Source: Cyanobacteria bacterium P01_D01_bin.156 (GTDB taxonomy: Bacteria > Cyanobacteriota > Cyanobacteriia > Phormidesmidales > Phormidesmidaceae). Taken from it: DNA of 64,000 nt. The notes beneath the pieces were generated by a model. That model worked only from the letters and a program-made list of their open reading frames with translations. It searched no databases and was not told where the DNA came from. The position numbers and the translations under genes are program-made. The stretch is from contig JBCCQQ010000002.1 of the NCBI GenBank assembly GCA_039024555.1, forward strand, positions 32,001 through 96,000, given 5' to 3'. Shown in pieces: positions 50,396 through 60,869 of this stretch; position 1 is the stretch's first letter; the number at the start of each line of letters is the position of its first letter.

Positions 50396-50472
50396 CTTTA
50401 TAAACCCGAAAGATTATGAAGCCACCATACGACAATTAATACAGATTCACCAAGTCTTGCAAGCTAAAATAC

Positions 50473-52152
50473 TCATACGGATGATGGCTGCAGAAGCCGC
50501 AAAAATTCACGACCATCCATCTTTTCAACCATTGGCATGACAGATTGACGTTGACGCTCTATCACATCAAGACAGCGCTGCTTATTAGCCAGCAGCGTAT
50601 GTAACACCTGAGCAAGATAAACAAAGTCTTTTTCATCAAAGTACAAGCCACTATCCTGAATTACTTCACGAATAGCAGGTAACCCATAGACAAAAACGGG
50701 TAAACCACTCAGCATAGCCTCTAAAATCGGCAAACAGAAGCCCTCATCTTCACTCATAGAAATGTAAGCAGATGCCGAACAATAAAGCTGTTGTAGTCTC
50801 TCATTGTCTACATTACCTAACCAATGCACCTTACCGGGTTCAAGCTTTAGCTGATTCTTTTCCACCCACATTAGATAATCCCAGTAGGCCTTGTCAGCAC
50901 CACCACCAACTATCCAACATTCTGCAGCAGCATCTAATTTCAAGTACTCAGCAAACAACTCTAGAACATGTTCCACCTTCTTGTGGCTTTTGATTCGGCC
51001 CACATATAAAAGTCGAGCAGGCTTATCTATCTGATAGTCCAATTCTTCAGCAGACAACGCATCAGGAGAAATTAATTTTGGAGGAACTACATGAACCATC
51101 ATTTGCTCTAAAACAGACACTTCATCGGTCATATCTGCAGCAGCAACAATTTCTACAACCGGCTCATCGCTAAGAGAATCTGTATCTATATCAGCATTAT
51201 TAAGGAGACTCTTAGTACTATCTTCACTATGTTCAGGTTTAAAGCTATCAATCAAAACCCTTGAGTTAGCAGTTGAATTAGTCGCAACAGAATCGAAAAG
51301 CTGCAGCTGGCCTAACTGAGCCTTTCCCTTTTCACAGATTGAACTCAGTTCTGGATCGAATGTCTGCAGCTTCCTAGGGTCAGTAATCCCATGAAAATAA
51401 GCAATCTTTTGGGCACAGTTTAAATCTATAATCTTTGCAAGATTGGGATCATACGTTGAGAAGAAGTATAATATCTGATCTTTTGACAAAGTATCTTCAT
51501 CGATTAATTCTATCTTTTTGATAATATCATTGAGCGAATAATCCGTATTTTCAGCATACATTTCAACAGAAACATTGTTCTGCTTCAATAGCCGATAAAG
51601 ATCTAAACACAAATTACCAACAGCATCATGAAAGAAGATATTACGTGATATCACCCGAACAGTAGAAGACTTCGGAAATACATAAGAAAGATAATTGAAC
51701 TTTGGGTGCTGCCAATCTCGACTAATAGACGAACGCAATCGAACAGCATCGTCTAAGGTTTTGAGTACAGGTATTTTATCAAGATAGACAATGGCATTGG
51801 TCACATTAGAACGTAAAACAGCATTCAGTACTAAACGTTTGTAGGCACTTACGTCTTCATTTACCCAAAAGTTATGTGACTGCATTCCTTCTAGAGAAAC
51901 GCGAATCACCTTGTCCCCAACCATCTCCAGGTCAGCACTAACCTGAACAGACAATTCAGTAGTCGAAAACTGCCACCAACCAAGATGCCCCTCAGGATGC
52001 ACAGGATTGTCTAAATCATAGATATCGACAACCAGAGATACATCTTCTCTTGATATTTCAGGAGAAAAGTTCAAGGCAAATACCGTAGAGTTGGAAAGGA
52101 CAACTTCAGATTCATTAAATCTGACAAAGGTTTTTCTTCTAGTTTTCTCCAT
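50473..52152 (-). CDS. GT4 glycosyltransferase with N-terminal extension
   Basis: DAVGN, FHGITDP, YVGRIKSHK, EDEGFCLPILEAM. Confidence 0.88.
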   Translation of the reverse strand: MEKTRRKTFVRFNESEVVLSNSTVFALNFSPEISREDVSLVVDIYDLDNPVHPEGHLGWWQFSTTELSVQVSADLEMVGDKVIRVSLEGMQSHNFWVNEDVSAYKRLVLNAVLRSNVTNAIVYLDKIPVLKTLDDAVRLRSSISRDWQHPKFNYLSYVFPKSSTVRVISRNIFFHDAVGNLCLDLYRLLKQNNVSVEMYAENTDYSLNDIIKKIELIDEDTLSKDQILYFFSTYDPNLAKIIDLNCAQKIAYFHGITDPRKLQTFDPELSSICEKGKAQLGQLQLFDSVATNSTANSRVLIDSFKPEHSEDSTKSLLNNADIDTDSLSDEPVVEIVAAADMTDEVSVLEQMMVHVVPPKLISPDALSAEELDYQIDKPARLLYVGRIKSHKKVEHVLELFAEYLKLDAAAECWIVGGGADKAYWDYLMWVEKNQLKLEPGKVHWLGNVDNERLQQLYCSASAYISMSEDEGFCLPILEAMLSGLPVFVYGLPAIREVIQDSGLYFDEKDFVYLAQVLHTLLANKQRCLDVIERQRQSVMPMVEKMDGREFLRLLQPSSV

Positions 52153-54364
52153 TTATACTCTCACCCTTAATATCCTTCACAAACTCAGCAGTCATATCAA
52201 TATATTGCGTGCCATGCATTATAGAAGGTTCTATGTGTGTATTTTCATGGAACTCATTAAACGTTGACACCATAACTAGATGGGGAGGTAACTTAAGAGT
52301 CCGGATAAATTCAATCGCTCGACGGTAGGTCTGGCCATTGTCACGATCAATGTTTCTGTAAGGATTACCAGTTCTACGTTCATCGTCTAATGCCTGGTCG
52401 TTATACCCTGGTGAAATTGTTGCTATGCGATAGGTCATACCAGCTCTTTTAGAAGCCTGATAGGCCGCATTCCATACCTTTTCCCAGTTACTTTTATCAG
52501 CTAATTCCAATGGAGAAAATGGCGCAAATCCTTTGAAAAAGTCAAACGTCAAATTACTTTCATTATCTTTTTGGGGCAGACGCAAACTCATCGCTAAATT
52601 AGCAAATTCTGCTGTCATTGCAGATAAGGAAGAAAACAGTTTTTGATTTCCATCAAACGCTGTTGACCAAAACCAAAAAAGTACTGGCTTATCATCTAAA
52701 TAGAAGTAGTTAGGATGATCAACGTATAGTTTCTGAACAAGTTGAATAACCTTCTCTAATTCTTTTGTACTCTCTGCGTAAGGTGCTAACTGAATTGCAA
52801 AGCGAAGTTGACTATTGCGCTTTTTAGCAATGTCAAAAACGTGCTGAATTCCCATCAGCTCAAGTCCATTTACACCCGTAATGTCCACATGGAGATTGAG
52901 GGCAACATAGTCTAAACCCATCTGTTCAAACAGATCAAAATGAAATTCAATAATTTGCCCTTTAGTCGAAGCGTAATAGCCAAGCAAGGGCTTATCAGCG
53001 ACATATCCATGGCGAGGATCATCATTCCAATGAGAGGCTCCGAAGCCCTCTCCGTACCATAAATAATATTGAATACCGACCAATGTTTGCCCATCCTGCA
53101 ATGTTGCCTGCCTATGGGCTTTACTTGATTGCTCTTCTTGCCAAGTATCGATTAATAAGCTTTCTAACTCACTGGCTGTTTTTTCCCATGTAAATCTTGG
53201 AGCAATTTGGCGTCCTGCTTCGCCCATCCGCTCGGCTATTTCTGGATGTCGCTGCAGATAGGTAATTTTCTCAGCAAATGCTGAAGGAAACGGAGGAATC
53301 AGAAATGAATAATCAGGTTGACATGCTTCTACATACCCTCCCTGATCAACCGCAATAATCGGTTTTCCTGCCGCCATTGCTTCTAAAACAACAATCCCAA
53401 AAGGCTCTTTAATAGCAGCGAATAGGAAAGCACACGCACGAGCAAGAACTAATGAGAGCTCCCAGTTTGTCAGACCAGATAAAAAGAAGACTCGATCCTC
53501 CACACCAAGCTTTCGAGTCATCGCTTGTAAGTTTTCTTTCTCCGGCCCAGCACCAATCACAATCAGCTGCGTATCATCCGTCAGCGCAATTGCCTCGATG
53601 AGCAAATTGATTCTCTTATGAGGCCATAATTGACCAATGGTCACAAACAAGTTGGGGTCAGTTGGCAGCTCGATAAAAGCTTCAGGCTCTACACCAGGAT
53701 AAACCACATCAGCTACAGAAGTGTTGTAAACACTTTCAAGGTATTTAGCAGAGTAGCGGCTGTTGGCGACAATTCGCTCTGGGCGAACGGCCTTATCCAT
53801 AGTGTCTATGGAGCTTAGATAGGCTTCATAGACAGAATCTCCAATGCGGTCGTAGTTATATTTAGGGTAAATGTGGATGTTACGCGACGCATCTTGCCCA
53901 ACATTTTCTACATTTTGATCAAATCGCAAATCATGTAGTATTCGAAGTGCTTCGTGTGGATACCACACCATAGGATGTAAATCCACTAGGTGGGTAGGCC
54001 ACAGATGAGTATGATATAGCTCGTGATGACCTATTTCCTCTTGCCACATCTTAGGCAAAAGGAGAGCATTGAGCAGCATTGAATGCTCTCCCTCAAAGTA
54101 GGAAGATAATAGCGTACGCTTAACAATATCTTTGACGCCATGTTCTTCTAAAAGACGCTCATTAATTTTAGTGGAGTAAAGGGTAATATCATGCCTATCT
54201 TGCCAACGAGAAAGACACTCGATTAGCAAACGTTCCGCACCACCATACTTTTCTAAAAAAGGAATAATAATGGCAAGGTCCATTCTAGGAATATCGAGCA
54301 TATTCTCCTGACCAATTTGCCCAGGGAGTTTTTTGGCTTTCCGTATAGACATTCCTTTTTTCAC
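52139..54364 (-). CDS. GT4 glycosyltransferase fused to a GH99/WbsX-like TIM-barrel domain
   Basis: GGAERL, HKRI, EPFGIVVLEAM; C-terminal YYLWY, PLLGYY, SPGYND, TFNEFHENTHIEP. Confidence 0.85.
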   Translation of the reverse strand: MKKGMSIRKAKKLPGQIGQENMLDIPRMDLAIIIPFLEKYGGAERLLIECLSRWQDRHDITLYSTKINERLLEEHGVKDIVKRTLLSSYFEGEHSMLLNALLLPKMWQEEIGHHELYHTHLWPTHLVDLHPMVWYPHEALRILHDLRFDQNVENVGQDASRNIHIYPKYNYDRIGDSVYEAYLSSIDTMDKAVRPERIVANSRYSAKYLESVYNTSVADVVYPGVEPEAFIELPTDPNLFVTIGQLWPHKRINLLIEAIALTDDTQLIVIGAGPEKENLQAMTRKLGVEDRVFFLSGLTNWELSLVLARACAFLFAAIKEPFGIVVLEAMAAGKPIIAVDQGGYVEACQPDYSFLIPPFPSAFAEKITYLQRHPEIAERMGEAGRQIAPRFTWEKTASELESLLIDTWQEEQSSKAHRQATLQDGQTLVGIQYYLWYGEGFGASHWNDDPRHGYVADKPLLGYYASTKGQIIEFHFDLFEQMGLDYVALNLHVDITGVNGLELMGIQHVFDIAKKRNSQLRFAIQLAPYAESTKELEKVIQLVQKLYVDHPNYFYLDDKPVLFWFWSTAFDGNQKLFSSLSAMTAEFANLAMSLRLPQKDNESNLTFDFFKGFAPFSPLELADKSNWEKVWNAAYQASKRAGMTYRIATISPGYNDQALDDERRTGNPYRNIDRDNGQTYRRAIEFIRTLKLPPHLVMVSTFNEFHENTHIEPSIMHGTQYIDMTAEFVKDIKGESINGEN

Positions 54365-54642
54365 GTACCCACCGTTGTGAGTTTATAGTATTTCCACCTT
54401 CCAGAGACACTTATCAAGTGCGGAAATTATAGTTTTACAATTACCGACTATTAGCTCGTCTTTTCTACAGAGATCAAAATACAACTTCGCGACCTCACTG
54501 CACAACTTAATTTAGTAATAGTCTGCAACTCTGCCTAGCATCCTTTTTCATAAGAATCCTAGTATTTTAGGTTACCTCCCTAAAAATAAAATAGTTACAG
54601 CTGACAGCTGTAATTATTACATCCAATAAACTTGAATTGTGC

Positions 54643-55944
54643 CTACATCAAAGTACTGACTTTTCGAGCACGTACAAAGAAAAGGCCCCCTGTACCTCTT
54701 GAATCATAGTTTTCTGAACGTAAAGCCCAAAATGTCTTTCCAACCCCGATATCGAAAGCCTGCTTCTCTTGTGCATTTAAATTGAGAAAATATAAAGCTA
54801 CATCAGGAGCAAGATTGGTGCCATATAAATAGTGTGCGCGAATCCAATGATCGACTGACATACAACAATTTCCAATTAAGAAATCGTCTTCTAAGACGAA
54901 ATGATGTCTGGTAAATCTTTCTAAAACTTGGCTACGAGTTTCAATACCAATGTGGCCATCCACCAGGACCATTCGCAAAAAGTCTTCAGCTCCCATAGCA
55001 TCACTATTAAAGTCATCTACTTCAATACCATGCAACATACATCCATTTGGCTTTAAGACTCTTGCCATCTCACTCATGACCAGATCTTTCTCGGCTAAAG
55101 CAATATGCCCAAAGACATCAAGACTTACCACATAGTCAAAGTAATGGTCAGGGAATGGAAGTGAACAAGCTGATGTCTTCACAACGTCCTGGTAACCAGC
55201 TGCTTTAGCACGCATCACGTTCTCGTCAGATACATCGACACCATAAAGTTTGATATCTCTCTTAGTAAGAAAGGCAAGACCACCAAAACCGCAGCCAACA
55301 TCTAATACTCGCGAACTAGACGCTATATGTTTATCTAGCCAAACTTCTCTTTTGCTCATTACAGAATATTTGCCTATGCCATGGTTGATTGCATTAGCTG
55401 CCATAGGCTTTAATGTATTCACTGCATAGAAATTTGACTCATCTGCTTTAATTTTATGTGTCAAATAGGCATCGATATCAAGGAAACCGTCATGCCCCTC
55501 ATATTCATTCAAACATTCATCAATTGATACGTTGAGGGCCTCAACCTGGGCCATATATGGATGTGTCTTGAACATAAAGCAGTAAGACAACATCGCCCCC
55601 AAAAAACGACTGTCCTGTGCAATATCCAAAGACTTATTAAACTCAATAACAACTTTTTTTGTTTGGGCCACTTCTTGTGGCAACTTAACAAAGTAGCTGT
55701 GCCAACCTTTTCTAACTCTCTGTTGTGAAAATGGCGGTGATTTATAGTCTGATTTGAAGTAAACAATTTTATCGAGATCTGTTTGTGGATAACCAAGTCT
55801 CACTTCAAGAAAAGAATATTCCAAGCATATGCTTGAAAATTCAATACATGAAAAATTTTGCAACCATACAAAATCTACCAAACCATCATTTTCGACACCA
55901 TACGTTTCAAATACTGAGCTGAGATCTACTGAAAGGGCAAGCAT
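54643..55944 (-). CDS. Class I SAM-dependent methyltransferase with N-terminal beta domain
   Basis: VLDVGCGFG, YGVDVS, LPFPD..FDYV, RVLKPNG; N-terminal DSRFLG motif. Confidence 0.85.
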   Translation of the reverse strand: MLALSVDLSSVFETYGVENDGLVDFVWLQNFSCIEFSSICLEYSFLEVRLGYPQTDLDKIVYFKSDYKSPPFSQQRVRKGWHSYFVKLPQEVAQTKKVVIEFNKSLDIAQDSRFLGAMLSYCFMFKTHPYMAQVEALNVSIDECLNEYEGHDGFLDIDAYLTHKIKADESNFYAVNTLKPMAANAINHGIGKYSVMSKREVWLDKHIASSSRVLDVGCGFGGLAFLTKRDIKLYGVDVSDENVMRAKAAGYQDVVKTSACSLPFPDHYFDYVVSLDVFGHIALAEKDLVMSEMARVLKPNGCMLHGIEVDDFNSDAMGAEDFLRMVLVDGHIGIETRSQVLERFTRHHFVLEDDFLIGNCCMSVDHWIRAHYLYGTNLAPDVALYFLNLNAQEKQAFDIGVGKTFWALRSENYDSRGTGGLFFVRARKVSTLM

Positions 55945-55994
55945 TTGTTTTTTTAATGAGGATCGAAAATAAAAATCTAAATTACTCTATTTAG

Positions 55995-56735
55995 TTAAGA
56001 AGCTAAAGGCCTATCAAGATATCGCTCTACAGCCTCTTGAGGATTACCAATAAAACGGATTACTCCCTGATCTAACCAGACTACACGATCAGATGAATCT
56101 TGAATAAAATCTAAGCTGTGAGAAACAACAAGTACTGTAGTGTGACCATTCCAGAGCTCATCCATACGTTTCTGGCTCTTTAGCTTAAAACTCTCATCAC
56201 CAACAGAAAGAACTTCATCGACGATTAATATATCAGGCTGAACATCAGTTGCGATCGCAAATGCCAATCGAGCCGCCATACCAGATGATAGTCCCTTGAC
56301 CGGAACCATTGAGTAATCTTGAAGCTCAGCAAAATCAAGAATATCTTTTATACGATATTTCATATCCTGGCGAGAAAAGCCTAGCAGAACACCATACATA
56401 ACAATATTGTCAGTAACAGAAAGCTCTGCCTCAAAACCAGCACCTAGCTCAATTAGAGGTGCTATTGTCCCCCTCACACGGACTGTCCCCGTTGTAGGCT
56501 GAAGAATGCCTGCAATTAATTTCAGTAGTGTGGATTTACCAGAACCATTAGCACCAATAATGCCAACTTTTTCTCGTTCTGAAACTACCAGACTCACATC
56601 TTGTAGAACTTGATTCCGACTAGGCTTACGAAACTTACCTTCAAGTACGGAAAGCAATGTACGCTTCAAATCATAGGAAAACTCCTCTTGCGTCCGTCGC
56701 CAGAGCGAAACATTATCAAGGCGAATAACTTCCAT
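55995..56735 (-). CDS. wzt: Polysaccharide ABC transporter ATP-binding subunit (no C-terminal CBM)
   Basis: GANGSGKST, LIELGAGF, LSSGMAARLAF, DEVLSVGD, VSH. Confidence 0.94.
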   Translation of the reverse strand: MEVIRLDNVSLWRRTQEEFSYDLKRTLLSVLEGKFRKPSRNQVLQDVSLVVSEREKVGIIGANGSGKSTLLKLIAGILQPTTGTVRVRGTIAPLIELGAGFEAELSVTDNIVMYGVLLGFSRQDMKYRIKDILDFAELQDYSMVPVKGLSSGMAARLAFAIATDVQPDILIVDEVLSVGDESFKLKSQKRMDELWNGHTTVLVVSHSLDFIQDSSDRVVWLDQGVIRFIGNPQEAVERYLDRPLAS

Positions 56736-56741
56736 TTTTGA

Positions 56742-57557
56742 TTAAAGTAAATCCATAAATTGAGGTTTTAACCACAAGAAACTAAACCAGCCAATAGCTA
56801 GAAAAATAATACTGCTAAACAGCGTCGGTAGCATCAGTCCAAAATCAGGTGGATTACCTGACAAAACTATTTGTCTAACACTTTCAATAATCGGAGCAAT
56901 AGGACTAAGCACTAAAAATGTTTGAACCTGCTTAGGGACAATTGCTACCGGATAAAAAATTGGGCTACTAATCCAAAGGCCAAACGTCACCAGCTCATAA
57001 AAGTAGGGAAGATCGCGAAAAAATACATTGAGTGCAGCCACAACCATACCTATTCCTGTGCATATAATGACCAACCCAAATAAAGGTAGTAATAATGCAA
57101 CCACATTAAAAATGCTCTGAGAGAAAATCAGCGTAGCAATAACAAGTAAAGGTAATGTGCTAATGGCAAACTGATAAACGTTCGCAGCAATCATTGAAAT
57201 TGGGAAAACACTCATCGGCAAGCTCATCCGATTGAGTAAGCTACTACTGTTCACGACACTAGACAGAGCTTGAGAGGTAGAGGTAGAAAAAAAGTTGATC
57301 ACCACCATGCCAGTGAACGCCGCAAGCGTATAGCTCACTAGAGAGTTATCGTAATATTCTGCAAAGGCCTGTCCGAAGATTACTGCATAAATCGCAGTCA
57401 TAATCAGTGGATTCAGCAAAGACCAATAGACACCTAAAACAGAACCTCTATAGCGAAGCTTCAAATTTCGCTCTACCAAAATTCGCAGAATATCAACATA
57501 CCTTTTTAGTATCGTTTGCCTAACTAAGCTCTCTGTAACAGGCACAATATTCTCCAA
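56742..57557 (-). CDS. wzm: Polysaccharide ABC transporter permease
   Basis: LKLRYRGSVLG..WSLLNPL, FFRDL, SPIFYP; TTG start. Confidence 0.93.
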   Translation of the reverse strand: MENIVPVTESLVRQTILKRYVDILRILVERNLKLRYRGSVLGVYWSLLNPLIMTAIYAVIFGQAFAEYYDNSLVSYTLAAFTGMVVINFFSTSTSQALSSVVNSSSLLNRMSLPMSVFPISMIAANVYQFAISTLPLLVIATLIFSQSIFNVVALLLPLFGLVIICTGIGMVVAALNVFFRDLPYFYELVTFGLWISSPIFYPVAIVPKQVQTFLVLSPIAPIIESVRQIVLSGNPPDFGLMLPTLFSSIIFLAIGWFSFLWLKPQFMDLL

Positions 57558-57770
57558 ATTGAGTTTGCAAGCTTTTCAAGCATGAATATCGGAAGCATTT
57601 CGCCAATCACTATTTGACTGGCGAAACTATTCTCGATTAATGCTGAAGCATAAGATACAAAATACTATGCTATTCTGACGTGCCTGTCATGGGATAATGC
57701 GAAGAAATCATATGCCACCTTTCCCTAAGGTGTTACGGGAAAGGCTAAGTCGTTTGAAGGTTTCTTTCCT

Positions 57771-59540
57771 GTGCGTAGAGTTACATCGTTACTTATTCCT
57801 ATAATTGCATTTATCTTTATATTGGCTCTGTATGGAGCGTTGCCCTTCGTTAGCCTAACAACTCTTGGACAAGCCATCTGGCTTATAGGATTTTCTCAGT
57901 CCTTTGCGAACCAAGGCCTTTTCTCACTGCATGCAACAAACTTTGGATATCCTGAACCTGCCGCTATCTCTTTTGGATTAGCCGCAGCTTACCCAGCAAG
58001 CATGCTCATTAGACTAGGGCTACACCCAGCTGATGCATATTCGCTAATGCATGCCTTTTGGCTATTAGTCTCTTTTCTAGGCGCATGGAAAATTGCTAAA
58101 TCTCACTTCCGGCTATCAAGCACAAATTCAACTATTACCTCTGTCCTGTGGTTAAGCTTACCAGCTGTCTGGATTCATACCGGTTATTCAGCTTTGGGAA
58201 TAGCCATAGGCCTCATACCTTTTTACTTCTGGACTGCTTTAGAGCTCTTTGGGAATAACGTTAACGCAAAAAAAGGAATAAAGTTTTATCGGTTGCCCGG
58301 CAAATTTGTTCTCTACATGTTGGCTACGGTCATATCAGTCTTTATGGATGGCTACAGCTTTGTCATGTTTGCAATTGCAAGTACTTTTTTAGGCATTTAT
58401 CAATTCTTTCAGGTTCCGAAAGATCGTAAAGCCCTGATAACCATACGATTTATAATTCACTGTATTTGTTTTGGTCTCGCCTATATTCTCTACGCTATTT
58501 ACATTGGGAAGCCTCAGTACGAGCCAGCTACATTAGACTTCTTTAGAGGATGGGGAATGGATCTATCTTTTGTAGTCTTACCCACTAGAGGTATCCATTG
58601 GCTTTGGGACACTTTAGGCTTAAGTGTTACCCGTATAAGTTCTGAACAATTTGGAGACTCATCTATCTGGCGAAGTACCTACTCAGCCCCGTTCATTATT
58701 TTTGGGCTTGTTGCTTGGTGGCAAACCCGACGAACCTCAAAGTTTGCAAATCTTTTTCTGATAATAGCTATTTTCGGTTTTTATATGGCCCTAGGGCCAT
58801 CGCTTAAGGTTAACTCTATGCGACCTGCTGATTTTGAAAGTCAGTTGATGCCTGCAGAGTATGCAGTCTTGCCAACAGGCAATGGATGGCTGTCGGCAAA
58901 TGTACCGGGATTTAAAAGCATGCGAGCAGCCTATCGTTGGATTGCCCTTGCTAATCTTGGACTTTGGCTACTAGTCATTTCCTTAATGGCTCATCACAAA
59001 AACAAACTGATTAAACGATTAATTTCTTTTCTATGCGTACTGTTGATAGCTTCTAATGTACCAAACCTTCATCAAACCCTAGCCTTAAAGTACAAATTGA
59101 GACAGCGCTTCTTGGATATCGAATCTTCTTTAATCCAGGACTTTAAGAAGGATCTAAAACAAGATGAGATAGTTGCTTTTCTACCTTTTGGGAATGATTT
59201 TTTTGTCAACTATATAGCTTCTAGGGTAAACATTATTTCTTATAACATTGGTGGCGACAAAAATCTAGCTGAAGCTCGTAAGCACTGGCCATCAACAATG
59301 TCCGGGTTCGAGTTTCGAGCTATCGATAAGGATTTTACGGAGAGAATAATAGCACTCCTACGGGAAGGCGAAGCTGACGTTGTAGTCTTACCTTATCTCG
59401 ACCTGCTATGGGCACCACACAACTGGCCAACGGAAAGTGAGTTTAATGATGAGCTTAAAACTGTTATCAATTCTCTAATTGCTACTGGTACAGTGAACGT
59501 AGATGAGACAACGTACTACTCAACTGTTAGACTCAAATAA
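57771..59540 (+). CDS. Polytopic membrane protein, possible GT-C glycosyltransferase
   Basis: Many hydrophobic segments, ALGP, PGFKSMRAAYRW motif seen in GT-C-like membrane proteins, soluble C-terminal domain. Confidence 0.65.
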   Translation: MRRVTSLLIPIIAFIFILALYGALPFVSLTTLGQAIWLIGFSQSFANQGLFSLHATNFGYPEPAAISFGLAAAYPASMLIRLGLHPADAYSLMHAFWLLVSFLGAWKIAKSHFRLSSTNSTITSVLWLSLPAVWIHTGYSALGIAIGLIPFYFWTALELFGNNVNAKKGIKFYRLPGKFVLYMLATVISVFMDGYSFVMFAIASTFLGIYQFFQVPKDRKALITIRFIIHCICFGLAYILYAIYIGKPQYEPATLDFFRGWGMDLSFVVLPTRGIHWLWDTLGLSVTRISSEQFGDSSIWRSTYSAPFIIFGLVAWWQTRRTSKFANLFLIIAIFGFYMALGPSLKVNSMRPADFESQLMPAEYAVLPTGNGWLSANVPGFKSMRAAYRWIALANLGLWLLVISLMAHHKNKLIKRLISFLCVLLIASNVPNLHQTLALKYKLRQRFLDIESSLIQDFKKDLKQDEIVAFLPFGNDFFVNYIASRVNIISYNIGGDKNLAEARKHWPSTMSGFEFRAIDKDFTERIIALLREGEADVVVLPYLDLLWAPHNWPTESEFNDELKTVINSLIATGTVNVDETTYYSTVRLK

Positions 59541-59939
59541 AAATTTAGACTTTAATAGATAGCTTTTATAAGTTAGCCATTGTTAGCTGAGCACAGCGAG
59601 CGTGCTATTTTGAGACGTTGAGTCTTCCACAATAGATGCATTAAGTTTGCAAGCCGTTGCTAATTTAGGGGATGAAACGATCTGTAGAGCTTACTATGTA
59701 CCTGGATTTGACAGATGAAATCATCCCGAGGATCAGCAACACCGTTTGCAAAAGCTAAACAGCTATTCTTGGACAAAATCATCTCAGTCAAAGGCAGAGT
59801 GTAGAGTGAACTTATAATCTAAATTGCTTCTATGCAAGAGAAGTTCTCTGCAGGAAAGGGAGCCCCTATAAATTTACTACCTAAATATTTAGCAATAACA
59901 ACCAAAAAAGATATGTATACATGATGTCGATATCAGACA

Positions 59940-60869
59940 TCATCTGACCATGGTTTTTTTCTCAATTACTTGATTCTCACTACACCTTTGCTCCGACTTT
60001 TCCTTTGAAAAACGCCAGTTATATTTCTTTTTAGATATAGCTATAAGAAAGAAAATAAAATCACCGCCTACAGTTATAAATCGAGTTATCAAAACAGATG
60101 CTAATAGCTGAGGCTCTGAAAAGTAGGCACCTAAGAGAAACATTAAAACCAATTCACGAATTCCAGCACCCGCAGGTGCTCCCGGTGTCACTAAACCGAT
60201 CAGCCAAGCAACTATATATGCCGCAATAAGTTGAATGTTAGAAATGGGTATAACCGGTGAGGATAGCGTCCTTAGAACAACAACAAAATTCACTCCTGTC
60301 AAAGTTAGAAAAAGTATCTGCAGCAGGAGCGCATGCATTAATGCTGTTCCAAATAGCTTTTTAACAAGGGCCGTTGCAATAACAAGCACAGCGACAAAGG
60401 AGACTGTCGCCCAAAACACCGATATCGTCTCCAATCGAAGAGGCAAGACTAGCAGTATAAAAAAGGTTCCCGAACATGCAAGTAAGCCAAGCTCCCAGAC
60501 TATTGACTTAGCTACACGAAACCCTGGTAAACCCATGGACATACCAAGAGCTTGCCTACCCGTTAGATGAAGAATATTACCCGGAACATACTTAACTAAC
60601 TGAGAAAGGCCATAAATCTCTGATGCATCATCCTGATTAATATATACGCCCAAAAACCTTAAAATTCGCCGCCAGGAAATAGCTAGTAAAAAGTTAAAAG
60701 TACCAAATACAAATACTAATAAAATACCAAGTGCTATTTCTGAAACCTGAAACTGTTTATAGTCTATGTTGACCGCATATTCTTGAATATATCTGAAAAC
60801 AAATACGGTACTAATTAAACATAAGCTGAAGCCTACATAGCTGAGAACCTTTTTGATACTAGAATTCAT
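59940..60869 (-). CDS. Lysylphosphatidylglycerol-synthase TM (YbhN/flippase-like) membrane protein
   Basis: VKYVPGNI, PGAPAGAGIRE; homologous to 19216-20316. Confidence 0.85.
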   Translation of the reverse strand: MNSSIKKVLSYVGFSLCLISTVFVFRYIQEYAVNIDYKQFQVSEIALGILLVFVFGTFNFLLAISWRRILRFLGVYINQDDASEIYGLSQLVKYVPGNILHLTGRQALGMSMGLPGFRVAKSIVWELGLLACSGTFFILLVLPLRLETISVFWATVSFVAVLVIATALVKKLFGTALMHALLLQILFLTLTGVNFVVVLRTLSSPVIPISNIQLIAAYIVAWLIGLVTPGAPAGAGIRELVLMFLLGAYFSEPQLLASVLITRFITVGGDFIFFLIAISKKKYNWRFSKEKSEQRCSENQVIEKKTMVR

